DNA of 64,000 bases from an uncultured Alphaproteobacteria bacterium (lineage in GTDB: Bacteria > Pseudomonadota > Alphaproteobacteria > Rs-D84): NCBI GenBank assembly GCA_944390225.1, contig CALXPB010000002.1, forward strand, positions 63,650-127,649, in the 5' to 3' direction. Below, one piece after another: positions 34,014-44,271 of this stretch. The notes under the pieces are model-generated. The model searched no databases and was not told where the DNA came from. It saw only the letters and a list, made by a program, of their open reading frames with translations. Within the stretch, counting starts at the first letter, position 1. Each line of letters opens with the position of its first letter. Position numbers and translations under genes: made by a program.

Positions 34014-36428
34014 ATGAATGATTTTTTTTGGTATTTTGCTGGTGGTAATTTTTCAATAACGTCAATGATTTTAGTTATGGCGGTTGTTTTGGTATTCATT
34101 ATTTTAATGATGTATGTACCAACGCTAACGCGCAAAATTTTTCCTAAATTCGGTTATTCTAATTATGCGCAATATCTTCCTTTTAAAACAGTTTACAATG
34201 ATAATTCGTTAAGTTTGACAGACGGTGGTCTTATACGGGTTTATAAAGTTTCTGGTGTTCAGACAAGTATGCAAGATGGCGCAACGCGTGAAAAATTTTT
34301 AGATTTACGTTCACAATTATTCAATCAGATTCGTGATCCTAATGTTGTGCTCAGGTTTTATATGACTCGAGATGCAGTTGAAGAAAATACAGATTATGAA
34401 TTTGACCAACCGGTTTTACAGAAGATTTATGATAAATGGCACGAGCAAGGTCTTAAAATATTTAATAATACTTATTACATAGTAATATCTGTTGGTGGTT
34501 CTAATGCAAGAGAAAAATTAAACCAATACTGTAATTATTTAGAATCAATATTGGCTGCATATAGACCAGTTTTGTTAAGAAATGATTCCAGAGACAATAT
34601 GGCAAGATTTTTCGGAAGAATTTTATCTCCTATTACGAAACCTTCACCGATTGTGTGTGATCAGAATATAAGTAATGTTGTAACAGTTGATGATGTTGAA
34701 TTTTTAGAAGACGGTTTAATAAGATATTTAAGCGGTGAAGAACAATCTTTTGCTGCAACAATATCATTTAAAATATCCCCAGATTATTTAGATGAAGATT
34801 TCTTTGACAGTATATCTACTATTCAAACAGAAATGATTTGTATGAATGCTTTTAGAATAATGGGTACGGCAGATATAGAAAAAACTTTACGACAAAGAAG
34901 GGCCACTGCGGAAGAAAAAGAGACATCATCAGAAGAACAGATTTCGCAGGCAGAATCCGCAATGGATGAGAATATATCTGGTAATCAAAGTTTAGTTAAT
35001 TATTATCCTTTATTTATAATATTCGGTGCTACAGAAGAAGATTTACAAAAATATGTTAATGATTTTAAGAAAATATCTGCATCTTTTGGTATATCACCGA
35101 TAGCAGAAACATTTGCTTCAAAAGTTTCTTGGTTTGCGCAGATACCTGGATTTGATGTATTTCCACGAAGTTTTAAGATGTTGTCCAGAACCGCTGCGAT
35201 AAGTATACCTATGTCCAGTCAACCGACAGGTGTAAAGAATAGCGACTGGGGAGAGGGGCCACTTGTTATATTTCCAACCGCACAAGGAACTCCGTATCAA
35301 TTCCAGTTTCATGTATCTGATAAACCAGCAGCGGTTGGTCATACTTTGACGATAGGACCGACAGGTGGTGGAAAAACAACATTATTCTCGTTCTTGATAG
35401 CGCAATCTCTGCGTCACCAGAAATTAAAAGCATTTTTCTTTGATAGAAATAAAGGTGCAGAAATATTTACTTTGGCAGTTGGCGGTAAATATATAACTAT
35501 GCAAGGAAAAGAAAAAGATCCAGAAGCAATGGTATTTCAAACTCATTTAAATCCGTTGAAATTGCCAGACAACGCTGGTAATAGAGCGTTTTTACGTCGT
35601 TGGTTTGCTATGATTTCTGAACAGAATGACCCTGAGTCTGCTGATGAAATTGCTCGTGCAGTTTCAGTTAATTTTGACTATTTGCAAGATAAGGATAGGT
35701 TGCTTAAAAATTTATGGGAAAGTTGTTTTTCTTCTTCTGGTAATATGCGTGCAGCCCTTAAAAAATGGGTTGATCCTTTGCAGTACGGAGATATGTTTAA
35801 TGAAACTTCGGATACTTTGGATTTGAATGCAAGACTTACAACTTTTGATTTCACAGAAATTCTGCAAGATGAAACATTGGCTCCTGCTGTTATTTCATAT
35901 ATATTGCACAGAATTAATAATGTTACAGTATCTGGTGGAAATCCTTCGTTAATAATGATAGACGAAACGGCACCGATGCTGGAAAATAAAATGTTCCGCG
36001 ATAATTTTATAGTTGGACTTCAAGAAGGGCGCAAAAATCGTCAGGCTTATATGGTTGCGTTTCAACGAGCGAACGTTCTTGATAAATTAGGTATCGGTGA
36101 TGTTGTTCGTGGGCAGGCACAAACAGTATTATTTTTCAGGAATCCTGCGGCAGATGCAACAGATTATGCATATTGGAATTTGAATCCTTTGGAAATGGCT
36201 TTCATTCAAGGTAAAGCATATCCTAATCTGAAACGTGCGGTTTTATTATCCAGACCTGTTAACGGGGAATCAGTTATTCTGAATACAGAACTTGGTGGGT
36301 TGGGAAATCTTTTGAAGTTATTTGAGTCTGGTCGTTCTTCGGTTTTATTGGCGGAAGAGTTGTATAAGCAATATGGTAATAATTTTGTTGCAGAGTATTT
36401 GAAAAAACAAAAGTCTGGTAATATGTAG
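34014..36428 (+). CDS. virB4: type IV secretion system ATPase VirB4-like
   Basis: An 804-aa protein with Walker A GPTGGGKTT and Walker B-like LIMIDETAP. It has an N-terminal TM segment. Confidence 0.85.
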   Translation: MNDFFWYFAGGNFSITSMILVMAVVLVFIILMMYVPTLTRKIFPKFGYSNYAQYLPFKTVYNDNSLSLTDGGLIRVYKVSGVQTSMQDGATREKFLDLRSQLFNQIRDPNVVLRFYMTRDAVEENTDYEFDQPVLQKIYDKWHEQGLKIFNNTYYIVISVGGSNAREKLNQYCNYLESILAAYRPVLLRNDSRDNMARFFGRILSPITKPSPIVCDQNISNVVTVDDVEFLEDGLIRYLSGEEQSFAATISFKISPDYLDEDFFDSISTIQTEMICMNAFRIMGTADIEKTLRQRRATAEEKETSSEEQISQAESAMDENISGNQSLVNYYPLFIIFGATEEDLQKYVNDFKKISASFGISPIAETFASKVSWFAQIPGFDVFPRSFKMLSRTAAISIPMSSQPTGVKNSDWGEGPLVIFPTAQGTPYQFQFHVSDKPAAVGHTLTIGPTGGGKTTLFSFLIAQSLRHQKLKAFFFDRNKGAEIFTLAVGGKYITMQGKEKDPEAMVFQTHLNPLKLPDNAGNRAFLRRWFAMISEQNDPESADEIARAVSVNFDYLQDKDRLLKNLWESCFSSSGNMRAALKKWVDPLQYGDMFNETSDTLDLNARLTTFDFTEILQDETLAPAVISYILHRINNVTVSGGNPSLIMIDETAPMLENKMFRDNFIVGLQEGRKNRQAYMVAFQRANVLDKLGIGDVVRGQAQTVLFFRNPAADATDYAYWNLNPLEMAFIQGKAYPNLKRAVLLSRPVNGESVILNTELGGLGNLLKLFESGRSSVLLAEELYKQYGNNFVAEYLKKQKSGNM

Positions 36429-36432
36429 AATT

Positions 36433-37050
36433 ATGAAACTTAGATATATTATAAGTTTATTTTATACATTTTTTATTATGCCGGTCTTAGCAGATGATTG
36501 TTTGCCGTACAAATTTATTCCGCGTGTTGTTTTAAGCACTCCTGTTTGGACCAAAGAGGTAGTACAACCGTTGAAAGAAATGGATTTATTTCACGGGAAT
36601 GTAATTGCGACGATGACAGATAACTATGAAATAGTTGCGGATATTACGAATATAGAAGACGGTTTTTGTGTCAGTTTGAAAGCAGTTTATGCTGATGTTG
36701 GTTACAGTAATTTTCTGGTTCAAATAGACATACGTCATGTTCCGGACACATGTTCATATAACGCGGTTTTGTCGCACGAAGACGAACACATCAGAACGTA
36801 TTTATCTGTGATAGATGATTATAAAAAAGAATTACAGAATTCTATTTTCAGTGCGGCGGATTCTATAATGCCGATATTCGTAAGGAGTTCTGATGATATA
36901 GACGCAGCAATAAACGAATTAAACGCAGAATTGCAGGCGCATCCTGATTTGATTTTGGTAAAGCAGAAAATCAAAGCAGCAGAAGAAATAAGAAACAAGA
37001 AAATAGATCAGATGGATACAGGAGAGAGTCTTAAAAAGTGTTTTATGTAA
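36433..37050 (+). CDS. secreted HExxH protein (DUF922-like putative metallopeptidase)
   Basis: A signal-like N-terminus. The layout GFCVSLKAVYADVGY...VLSHEDEHIRTY recalls DUF922. This assignment is tentative. Confidence 0.35.
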   Translation: MKLRYIISLFYTFFIMPVLADDCLPYKFIPRVVLSTPVWTKEVVQPLKEMDLFHGNVIATMTDNYEIVADITNIEDGFCVSLKAVYADVGYSNFLVQIDIRHVPDTCSYNAVLSHEDEHIRTYLSVIDDYKKELQNSIFSAADSIMPIFVRSSDDIDAAINELNAELQAHPDLILVKQKIKAAEEIRNKKIDQMDTGESLKKCFM

Positions 37051-37114
37051 TAAATAATATTGCAAAAAAAACGAAAAAATGATTTAATATATTAAAGTAA
37101 AAAAGAGAGAACAC

Positions 37115-40100
37115 ATGTTAAAAAAAATATTTTTAGCTATTTTCATATCATTATTATCGATAGGTTCGTCATACAGTGCCAGCGTAGTAAACGTAGAATA
37201 CGTTCATAATTTAATAAAGAACGTTTGGGACATAGATGTACCGTATAATGAAAGTAGTTTAAAATATGTCGCGAATATGGAGTACTTATTAAAAGCAGTT
37301 GATAAAGCAAATGAAATATTGAACGGGGTTCAGATATCTAATTTTGGTGAAGATGTTAAATATGCAACGAAATATGCTGCGGATACCGTTGTGACAAAGG
37401 AGGCTGTAGATACCTTGATAACAAAGATGGAAATGCCGTTTACTATAACGACAACATCTGATACATCAAGTTTTAGTTTTTCAATTGCGGCAGAAGGTAC
37501 ATTTTATGTAGATTGGGGCGACGGCAGCGGAATTAAAAAAATAGAAAAAACAAATACAAGTTATAATACATATACTTATGAATACGAAACCCCCGGTAAA
37601 TACGAGATAAAACTTGGTGGTAAAGCGACTGGTTATAGCGATGCGGTTATAGATGTAGAAAGTGATATAGTTCCGTATGATGCCATAAGCATAAATTTTA
37701 TGGGAAACAGTAATATAGCAAGTATATCCGGAAGTTTGGGTAAAATATTTGGTTCTTTGCCAGACGGTACATCACCAAGGTTTGCTTTTACATTTGCACA
37801 GACACCGATAAAAACGGTACCGTCTGAATTATTTTCTGATATAGATGGAAAACCGTCAGATTATATGTTTATACAGACTTTTTCGGGGTGTACTGGATTA
37901 TCAAGTATCCCATCAGATTTGTTTGCAGATATAAAAGGTGCACCAACAAAAGGCATATTTTATTCAACTTTCTCTGAATGCACAGGTTTAAAAGGTAATA
38001 TCCCATCTGGTTTATTTGCAGGTATCAGCGGTGCGCCAGCAGATTATATGTTTGCCGGAACTTTTTACAACTGCGGTGGTTTGACAGGTGAAATACCGGC
38101 GAATTTATTTGCAGGCATCAGCGGTGCACCTGCAAGCAATATGTTTAATAGCACTTTTTCAGATTGTTTTGGTTTGACAGGTATCCCATCTGGTTTATTT
38201 GCGGGTATTAATGGTGCACCAGCAGATAATATGTACAGACATACTTTCAGTGGTTGTAATAAATTAACAGGTAATATCCCGACAGGATTTTTTGGTAAAT
38301 TTTCTGGTGCTCCGGCGGAAAGTATGTTTTCTTATACATTTTATGGATGCAGTGGTTTGACAGGTAATATACCAGAGAATTTATTTGCAGGAATCAGTGG
38401 CGCACCGGCAAGCAATATGTTTTTGGCTACATTCAGGGATTGCAGTGGTTTGACAGGTGAAATACCGGCGAATTTATTTGCGGGCATCAGCGGTGCACCG
38501 GCAGAAACTATGTTCAGTATGGTATTTTATAATTGTAGCGGTTTAACTGGTGAGATACCGTCAGGTTTATTTGCGGGTATCAGTGGGGAACCACAAAATT
38601 ATATGTTTAATCAGGTCTTTCATGGATGCAGTGGTTTAACTGGTGAAATACCGGCGGGCTTGTTTGGTAATATATCAGGTGCACCGGCAGAAAATATGTA
38701 TAGATTTGCTTTCAGTGGTTGCAATAAATTAACTGGTGAAATACCGGCAGGCTTGTTTGGTGATTTGTCTGGTGCTCCGGCAAACAATATGTTTGACCGT
38801 ACATTTTCTGGGTGCACTGGTTTGACAGGTGAAATACCGGCTGGTTTATTTGGTGATTTGTCTGGTGCGCCAGCGGAATATATGTTTCAACAAACATTTA
38901 ATGGATGCAGTGGTTTGACAGGTGAAATACCGGCAGGCTTGTTTGGTGATTTGTCTGGCGCATTGGCAACTAGTATGTTTAATAGCACATTTAATGGTTG
39001 CACTGGTTTAACTGGTGAGTCTGCCAGAATGCCAGATGGACAATATCTGTATGATTATTTTGATACGGCTACTTCCAGTGAAGTTGGTAATATGTACAAA
39101 AGTTGTACTGGGCTTAAAGATTATTCATATATTCCTACGGTTTGGGGTGGTTTAGGTGAAACCCGTCCAGAAATGCCGTTTAGTATAACGACAACGCCTG
39201 ATACATCAAGTTTTGATTTTTCCATAGGTGCATCTGGTACATTTTATGTAGATTGGGGCGACGGCAGTAAAATTGAAAAAATAGAAAAGACAGATTTAAA
39301 TGTAACCAAATACAGTCATACATATAGCAATGCCGGAGAATATGAAATAAAACTTGGTGGCAAGGCAACAGATTATATAACCAGTGGTTCTGATAATACT
39401 ACTACAACGATAAGTTTTGCTTCTAATAAAAAAATAGCGAGTATATCTGGAAGTTTGGGTAAAATATTTGGTAATTTATCAGATGGCAGATCCCCAAGAT
39501 TTGAGAATACATTTGCTAATAACAGTAGTTTAACAAGTATACCAGCGGATTTATTTTCTGGTATCAGTGGCGCACCGGCAGAGTATATGTTTTATAAAAC
39601 ATTTTATGGATGCAGTGGTTTGACAAGTATACCAGCGGATTTATTTTCTGGCATCAATGGCGCACCGGCAAGTTGGATGTTTAATAATACATTTAATGGA
39701 TGCAGTGGTTTAACGGGTGAAATACCGGCTGGTTTATTTGGTGATTTATCAGGTGCGCCAGCGGAATATATGTTTAGTAATACATTTTATGGATGCAGTG
39801 GTTTAACAAGTATACCAGCGGATTTATTTTCTGGTATCAGTGGTGCACCGGCAGAAGGTATGTTTACAGGAACCTTTTACAACTGCAGTGGTTTAACAAG
39901 TATACCATCAAATTTATTTGCGGGCATCAGCGGTGCACCAGCAGATAGGATGTTTTATCAAACATTTTATGGATGCAGTGGTTTGACAGGTGAAATACCG
40001 GATGGTTTATTTGGTGATTTATCTGGCGCACCGGCAGATAGGATGTTTTATCAAACATTTTATGGATGCAGTGGTTTGACAGGTGAAATACCGGATGGTT

Positions 40101-42388
40101 TATTTGGTGATTTATCTGGCGCACCGGCAAGTTGGATGTTTAGTAATACATTTAATGGATGCAGTGGTTTAACGGGTGAAATACCGGCTGGTTTATTTGG
40201 TGATTTATCAGGTGCGCCAGCGGAATATATGTTTAGTAATACATTTTATGGATGCAGTGGTTTAACAAGTATACCATCAAATTTATTTTCTGGTATCAGT
40301 GGTGCACCGGCAGATTATATGTTTTCTCATACATTTGATAGATGCACTGGTTTAACTGGTGAAATACCGGCTGGTTTATTTGGTGATTTGTCTGGTGCGC
40401 CAGCAAAATATATGTTTGATAGCACATTTTATGAATGCACTGGTTTGACTGGTGAAATACCGATTGGTTTATTTGGTGATTTGTCTGGTGCACCGGCAAG
40501 CAATATGTTTAGTCAAACATTTTATGGATGCAGTGGTTTAACGGGTGAGTCCGCCAGAATGCCAGATGGACAATATCTGTATGATTATTTTGATATGGCT
40601 ACTTTCAGTAATGTTGGTTATATGTATAAAGGTTGTAGCGGACTTACAGATTATTCGTATATTCTCCCATTTTGGGGTGGGGAAAAAGAAATGCCGTTTA
40701 GTATAACGACAACGCCTGATACATCAAGTTTTAGTTTTCGAATAGGTGCGGCTGGTACATTTTATGTAGATTGGGGCGACGGTAATTATTCAACAATAAA
40801 AAAGACAGATGTGTATGTTACGTCATACAGTCATAGATATACTAAGGCCGGAGAATATGAAATAAAATTTGATGGCAAGCCAACAGATTATAATACATCA
40901 TCCAGTGCCAGTGGTCTGATTGAAGCAAAAACGATAGGTTTTTTAAATAATGATAACATAGCGAGTATATCTGGAAGTTTAGGTAAAATATTTGGTACTT
41001 TACCAGATGGCAGATCCCCAAGATTTGAGTATACATTTTATGGCTGCACTAGTTTGACAAGTATACCAGCGGATTTATTTTCTGGTATCAGTGGCGCACC
41101 GGCAGAACGTATGTTTAGTAATACATTTGAGGGATGCAGTGGTTTAACGGGTGAAATACCAGCGGATTTATTTTCTGGTATCAGTGGCGCACCGGCAGAA
41201 CGTATGTTTAGTAATACATTTTATGGATGCAGTGGTTTAACAGGTGAAATACCAGAGAATTTATTTGCAGGAATCAGTGGTGCACCGGCAAGCAATATGT
41301 TTAATGGCACATTTTCTAGATGCAGTGGTTTAACAGGTGAAATACCAGAGAATTTATTTTCTGGTATCAGTGGCGCACCGGCAGAACGTATGTTTAGTAA
41401 TACATTTGAGGGATGCAGTGGTTTAACGGGTGAAATACCAGCGGATTTATTTTCTGGTATCAGTGGCGCACCGGCAGAACGTATGTTTAGTAATACATTT
41501 TATGGATGCAGTGGTTTAACAGGTGAAATACCAGAGAATTTATTTGCAGGAATCAGTGGTGCACCGGCAGAACGTATGTTTAGTAATACATTTTATGGAT
41601 GCAGTGGTTTGACAAGTATACCAGCGGATTTATTTTCTGGTATCAGTGGTGCACCGGCAGAAGGTATGTTTACAGGAACCTTTTACAACTGCAGTGGTTT
41701 AACAAGTATACCATCAAATTTATTTGCGGGCATCAGCGGTGCACCAGCAGATAGGATGTTTTATCAAACATTTTATGGATGCAGTGGTTTAACTGGTGAA
41801 ATACCAGCGGATTTATTTTCTGGTATCAGTGGTGCACCGGCACGGAGTATGTTTAGTAACACATTTTCTGGATGCAGTGGTTTGACAAGTATACCAGCGG
41901 ATTTATTTGCAGGAATCAGTGGTGCACCGGCACATGGTATGTTTGCTAATACATTTTCTGAATGCAGTGGTTTGACAAGTATACCAGCGGATTTATTTTC
42001 TGGTATCAGTGGCGCACCGGCAGATTATATGTTTTATTATACATTTTCTGAATGCAGTGGTTTGACAAGTATACCAGCGGATTTATTTGCAGGAATCAGT
42101 GGTGCACCGGCAAATTGGATGTTTGATAGTACATTTTATGGATGCACTGGTTTGACAGGTGAGATACCGATTGGCTTGTTTGGTGATTTATCTGGTGCAC
42201 CGGTACGTTGGATGTTTAGTAGTACATTTTCTGGATGCACTGGTTTAACTGGTGAGTCTGCCAGAATGCCAGATGGACAATATCTGTATGATTATTTTAA
42301 TACTGCGACTTCCAGTGAAGTTGGTAATATGTACACAAATTGTACTGGGCTTACAGATTACAGTTCAATACCAAGTGCGTGGAAATAA
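37115..42388 (+). CDS. giant secreted/surface repeat protein: 3 supermodules of a PKD-like domain plus about 37 BspA-like (LRR_5-like) 30/31-aa repeats
   Basis: Signal peptide MLKKIFLAIFISLLSIGSSYSA. Each supermodule begins at about 37430, 39171 or 40691 and opens with EMPF(S/T)ITTT.DTSSF.F...GTFYVDWGDG...Y.H.Y...GEYEIK, which is PKD-like. Repeats of the form F.GCSGLTGEIP..LF.GISGAPA..MF..T follow. Each supermodule ends with GESARMPDGQYLYDYF. Confidence 0.85.
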   Translation: MLKKIFLAIFISLLSIGSSYSASVVNVEYVHNLIKNVWDIDVPYNESSLKYVANMEYLLKAVDKANEILNGVQISNFGEDVKYATKYAADTVVTKEAVDTLITKMEMPFTITTTSDTSSFSFSIAAEGTFYVDWGDGSGIKKIEKTNTSYNTYTYEYETPGKYEIKLGGKATGYSDAVIDVESDIVPYDAISINFMGNSNIASISGSLGKIFGSLPDGTSPRFAFTFAQTPIKTVPSELFSDIDGKPSDYMFIQTFSGCTGLSSIPSDLFADIKGAPTKGIFYSTFSECTGLKGNIPSGLFAGISGAPADYMFAGTFYNCGGLTGEIPANLFAGISGAPASNMFNSTFSDCFGLTGIPSGLFAGINGAPADNMYRHTFSGCNKLTGNIPTGFFGKFSGAPAESMFSYTFYGCSGLTGNIPENLFAGISGAPASNMFLATFRDCSGLTGEIPANLFAGISGAPAETMFSMVFYNCSGLTGEIPSGLFAGISGEPQNYMFNQVFHGCSGLTGEIPAGLFGNISGAPAENMYRFAFSGCNKLTGEIPAGLFGDLSGAPANNMFDRTFSGCTGLTGEIPAGLFGDLSGAPAEYMFQQTFNGCSGLTGEIPAGLFGDLSGALATSMFNSTFNGCTGLTGESARMPDGQYLYDYFDTATSSEVGNMYKSCTGLKDYSYIPTVWGGLGETRPEMPFSITTTPDTSSFDFSIGASGTFYVDWGDGSKIEKIEKTDLNVTKYSHTYSNAGEYEIKLGGKATDYITSGSDNTTTTISFASNKKIASISGSLGKIFGNLSDGRSPRFENTFANNSSLTSIPADLFSGISGAPAEYMFYKTFYGCSGLTSIPADLFSGINGAPASWMFNNTFNGCSGLTGEIPAGLFGDLSGAPAEYMFSNTFYGCSGLTSIPADLFSGISGAPAEGMFTGTFYNCSGLTSIPSNLFAGISGAPADRMFYQTFYGCSGLTGEIPDGLFGDLSGAPADRMFYQTFYGCSGLTGEIPDGLFGDLSGAPASWMFSNTFNGCSGLTGEIPAGLFGDLSGAPAEYMFSNTFYGCSGLTSIPSNLFSGISGAPADYMFSHTFDRCTGLTGEIPAGLFGDLSGAPAKYMFDSTFYECTGLTGEIPIGLFGDLSGAPASNMFSQTFYGCSGLTGESARMPDGQYLYDYFDMATFSNVGYMYKGCSGLTDYSYILPFWGGEKEMPFSITTTPDTSSFSFRIGAAGTFYVDWGDGNYSTIKKTDVYVTSYSHRYTKAGEYEIKFDGKPTDYNTSSSASGLIEAKTIGFLNNDNIASISGSLGKIFGTLPDGRSPRFEYTFYGCTSLTSIPADLFSGISGAPAERMFSNTFEGCSGLTGEIPADLFSGISGAPAERMFSNTFYGCSGLTGEIPENLFAGISGAPASNMFNGTFSRCSGLTGEIPENLFSGISGAPAERMFSNTFEGCSGLTGEIPADLFSGISGAPAERMFSNTFYGCSGLTGEIPENLFAGISGAPAERMFSNTFYGCSGLTSIPADLFSGISGAPAEGMFTGTFYNCSGLTSIPSNLFAGISGAPADRMFYQTFYGCSGLTGEIPADLFSGISGAPARSMFSNTFSGCSGLTSIPADLFAGISGAPAHGMFANTFSECSGLTSIPADLFSGISGAPADYMFYYTFSECSGLTSIPADLFAGISGAPANWMFDSTFYGCTGLTGEIPIGLFGDLSGAPVRWMFSSTFSGCTGLTGESARMPDGQYLYDYFNTATSSEVGNMYTNCTGLTDYSSIPSAWK
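39941..40126 (+). repeat. perfect 93-bp tandem duplication inside the repeat-protein gene
   Basis: 39941-40033 is identical to 40034-40126, base for base. Each copy encodes one 31-aa repeat (ADRMFYQTFYGCSGLTGEIPDGLFGDLSGAP). Confidence 0.95.
41075..41569 (+). repeat. two identical 216-bp segments spaced 279 bp apart inside the repeat-protein gene
   Basis: 41075-41290 and 41354-41569 read identically. The 279-bp offset equals three 31-aa repeats. Confidence 0.9.
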
Positions 42389-42391
42389 AAT

Positions 42392-42412
42392 AAACCCAAT
42401 CGGGTTTGTTTT
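42392..42412 (+). terminator. intrinsic terminator after the repeat-protein gene
   Basis: AAACCC, loop AATC, GGGTTT, then GTTTT. Confidence 0.55.
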
Positions 42413-42496
42413 ATCTCTAAAAAACATAAAAAGATTTTTTTTATCGCAGTTGTTGTGATATAATATACAAGAATAAAAAAATAGGAGTTTTTTAAT

Positions 42497-43186
42497 ATGA
42501 AAAAAATTTTGTTTCTTTCTTTTTTAATCGCAATCGTATCAACAGAATCTTATTCTGCACCGGTTAATAACACGGAAAATAACTTTAATTGGTATGTAAC
42601 AGGACGCGCAGAATTAAGCCTGATGAACTGGACAAATAAATATTCTTCTGATTTCCCCGGCGCAGACCAAGGTTTTAATGAAGATAAATATTCTTTTGAA
42701 CCGCTTTTCGGTGCTAATCTGGCAGTCGGTGCGCGCTTTTATGACGTTTGGCGCACAGACTTGGAAATCGGATATCTGGGAAAATACGAAGATAAAGATA
42801 ATTCTACTGAATTCAGTTTCGCCGTACCTTATATTTTGGTTAACGGTTATTATGATTTTTACCAGGGTTTTTATGCAGGACTGGGCGTCGGTACCGCAAT
42901 AACAATTAAAACAATGGATTATGAAGATTTTATAAGCGGGGGAAGAACAAAAACTTCGGTGTATCCAATGGGTGCTTTTATGCTGGGATATTCTAAAAAT
43001 ATGGGTGATAATTTGTTCTTGGATTTGCGATACAGATTATCAGGCTTTTATGCCGGCAGTCAAACAAGATATATCCAGTATATAAACGAATCTGAACCAG
43101 ATGTCGTCAGAGATGCTTTTGTTGAAAATAAAATAGGATTCGTTTTAGATAACTCTTTTTCAATCGGTTTGAGATACGAATTCTAA
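42497..43186 (+). CDS. outer-membrane beta-barrel protein (OmpA-like/opacity-type 8-strand class)
   Basis: Signal peptide, alternating aromatic/hydrophobic strands, and a terminal GLRYEF with C-terminal Phe. Confidence 0.7.
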   Translation: MKKILFLSFLIAIVSTESYSAPVNNTENNFNWYVTGRAELSLMNWTNKYSSDFPGADQGFNEDKYSFEPLFGANLAVGARFYDVWRTDLEIGYLGKYEDKDNSTEFSFAVPYILVNGYYDFYQGFYAGLGVGTAITIKTMDYEDFISGGRTKTSVYPMGAFMLGYSKNMGDNLFLDLRYRLSGFYAGSQTRYIQYINESEPDVVRDAFVENKIGFVLDNSFSIGLRYEF

Positions 43187-43217
43187 AAATAAATTAAAAT
43201 AAAAGGACAATAAAAAA

Positions 43218-44018
43218 ATGAAACAAAAAAATCTTTTCTTGTTTTTCCCGCTTTGTGTCTTTGGTGCAGTTTTTGTGCTTGACGCAAATGCGGCTTCGTC
43301 TGTAAGAAACCTTGGCGGAACAGGTACTTATTCCAGTGCTTCTGTTGCAAAATCTGCGTCAACAGCGGCAACAAAAAACTCTTCGAAAAGCGATTCTAAT
43401 TCTGTGCCAACTTCTCTAAGAGGTGGTTCTGTTCGCGTAACATCTGGTTCGGGCTTGTCGGGAACAAGTACTACTTTGGATAACGTTAACAGGTCCGCAG
43501 AAGCACAAAGGTTTTCTCTTGGAAAATTCCTTGGCGGTGGAACGTCCATCAGTGGTGGCAGTTCTATTAAACCGCAATCCCCAAGCAATAGCAGTTCTTC
43601 TTCCGGAGTCAGCGCAGATGTACAAGAGGAAATCGATAACCTAAGAAAAGAAATACAAAAAGAAACTGATGCTTTGCGGGAAGAAACTGATTTGCTAAGA
43701 CAAGAAAAACAAGACGTTCTTGTTCCGGCAGAAGACGGATTAATAATCTTAGACGAAAGAACAAATGAAATATCTATAAATTTAGATAGTATAAAATCTG
43801 AAATCGGTGATATAGATATATCGGGTAAAGAAGATGTATCTAACAAGGTGACAAGTTTGGATCAGGCCGACGCAGATAATAACAAATACCCCAGTGCAAT
43901 GGCGGTAAAAAACGCTATGGATAGTAAAGTTGATACTGGGGCAGATGCGGTACAGACTTTATCCGGAACTTATACCATAGAGGGTGTTTTAATCGTACCG
44001 ACTCAGCCTTTACCGTAA
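43218..44018 (+). CDS. secreted Ser/Gly-rich protein with central coiled coil
   Basis: Signal peptide (...LDANA), a low-complexity S/G/T region, and a heptad-like EEIDNLRKEIQKETDALREETDLLRQEKQ. I recognise no family. Confidence 0.5.
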   Translation: MKQKNLFLFFPLCVFGAVFVLDANAASSVRNLGGTGTYSSASVAKSASTAATKNSSKSDSNSVPTSLRGGSVRVTSGSGLSGTSTTLDNVNRSAEAQRFSLGKFLGGGTSISGGSSIKPQSPSNSSSSSGVSADVQEEIDNLRKEIQKETDALREETDLLRQEKQDVLVPAEDGLIILDERTNEISINLDSIKSEIGDIDISGKEDVSNKVTSLDQADADNNKYPSAMAVKNAMDSKVDTGADAVQTLSGTYTIEGVLIVPTQPLP

Positions 44019-44033
44019 TTTATAAAACGCGCT

Positions 44034-44061
44034 GAACCCAGCGCGTTTTTTATAATGTTTT
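44034..44061 (+). terminator. intrinsic terminator
   Basis: AACGCGCTG (44036-44044), loop AACC, CAGCGCGTT (44049-44057), T-run. Confidence 0.7.
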
Positions 44062-44271
44062 ATTCAAAATATCTTAATTGGTTAATTCTTCGCAGAACGG
44101 TTGTTTCCCCATTTATCTCGTAATAATATTCAAGTAATTTGTGTAAGTAATTTATTCGGTAATGCTGATTTGTTCTACGAATTATAAGTAATATTAGTAC
44201 TAAAAGATAAATTTACAGTTTTCATATTAGAAATATATTATATAATAATATTGTTAATAAAAGGGGAAATA

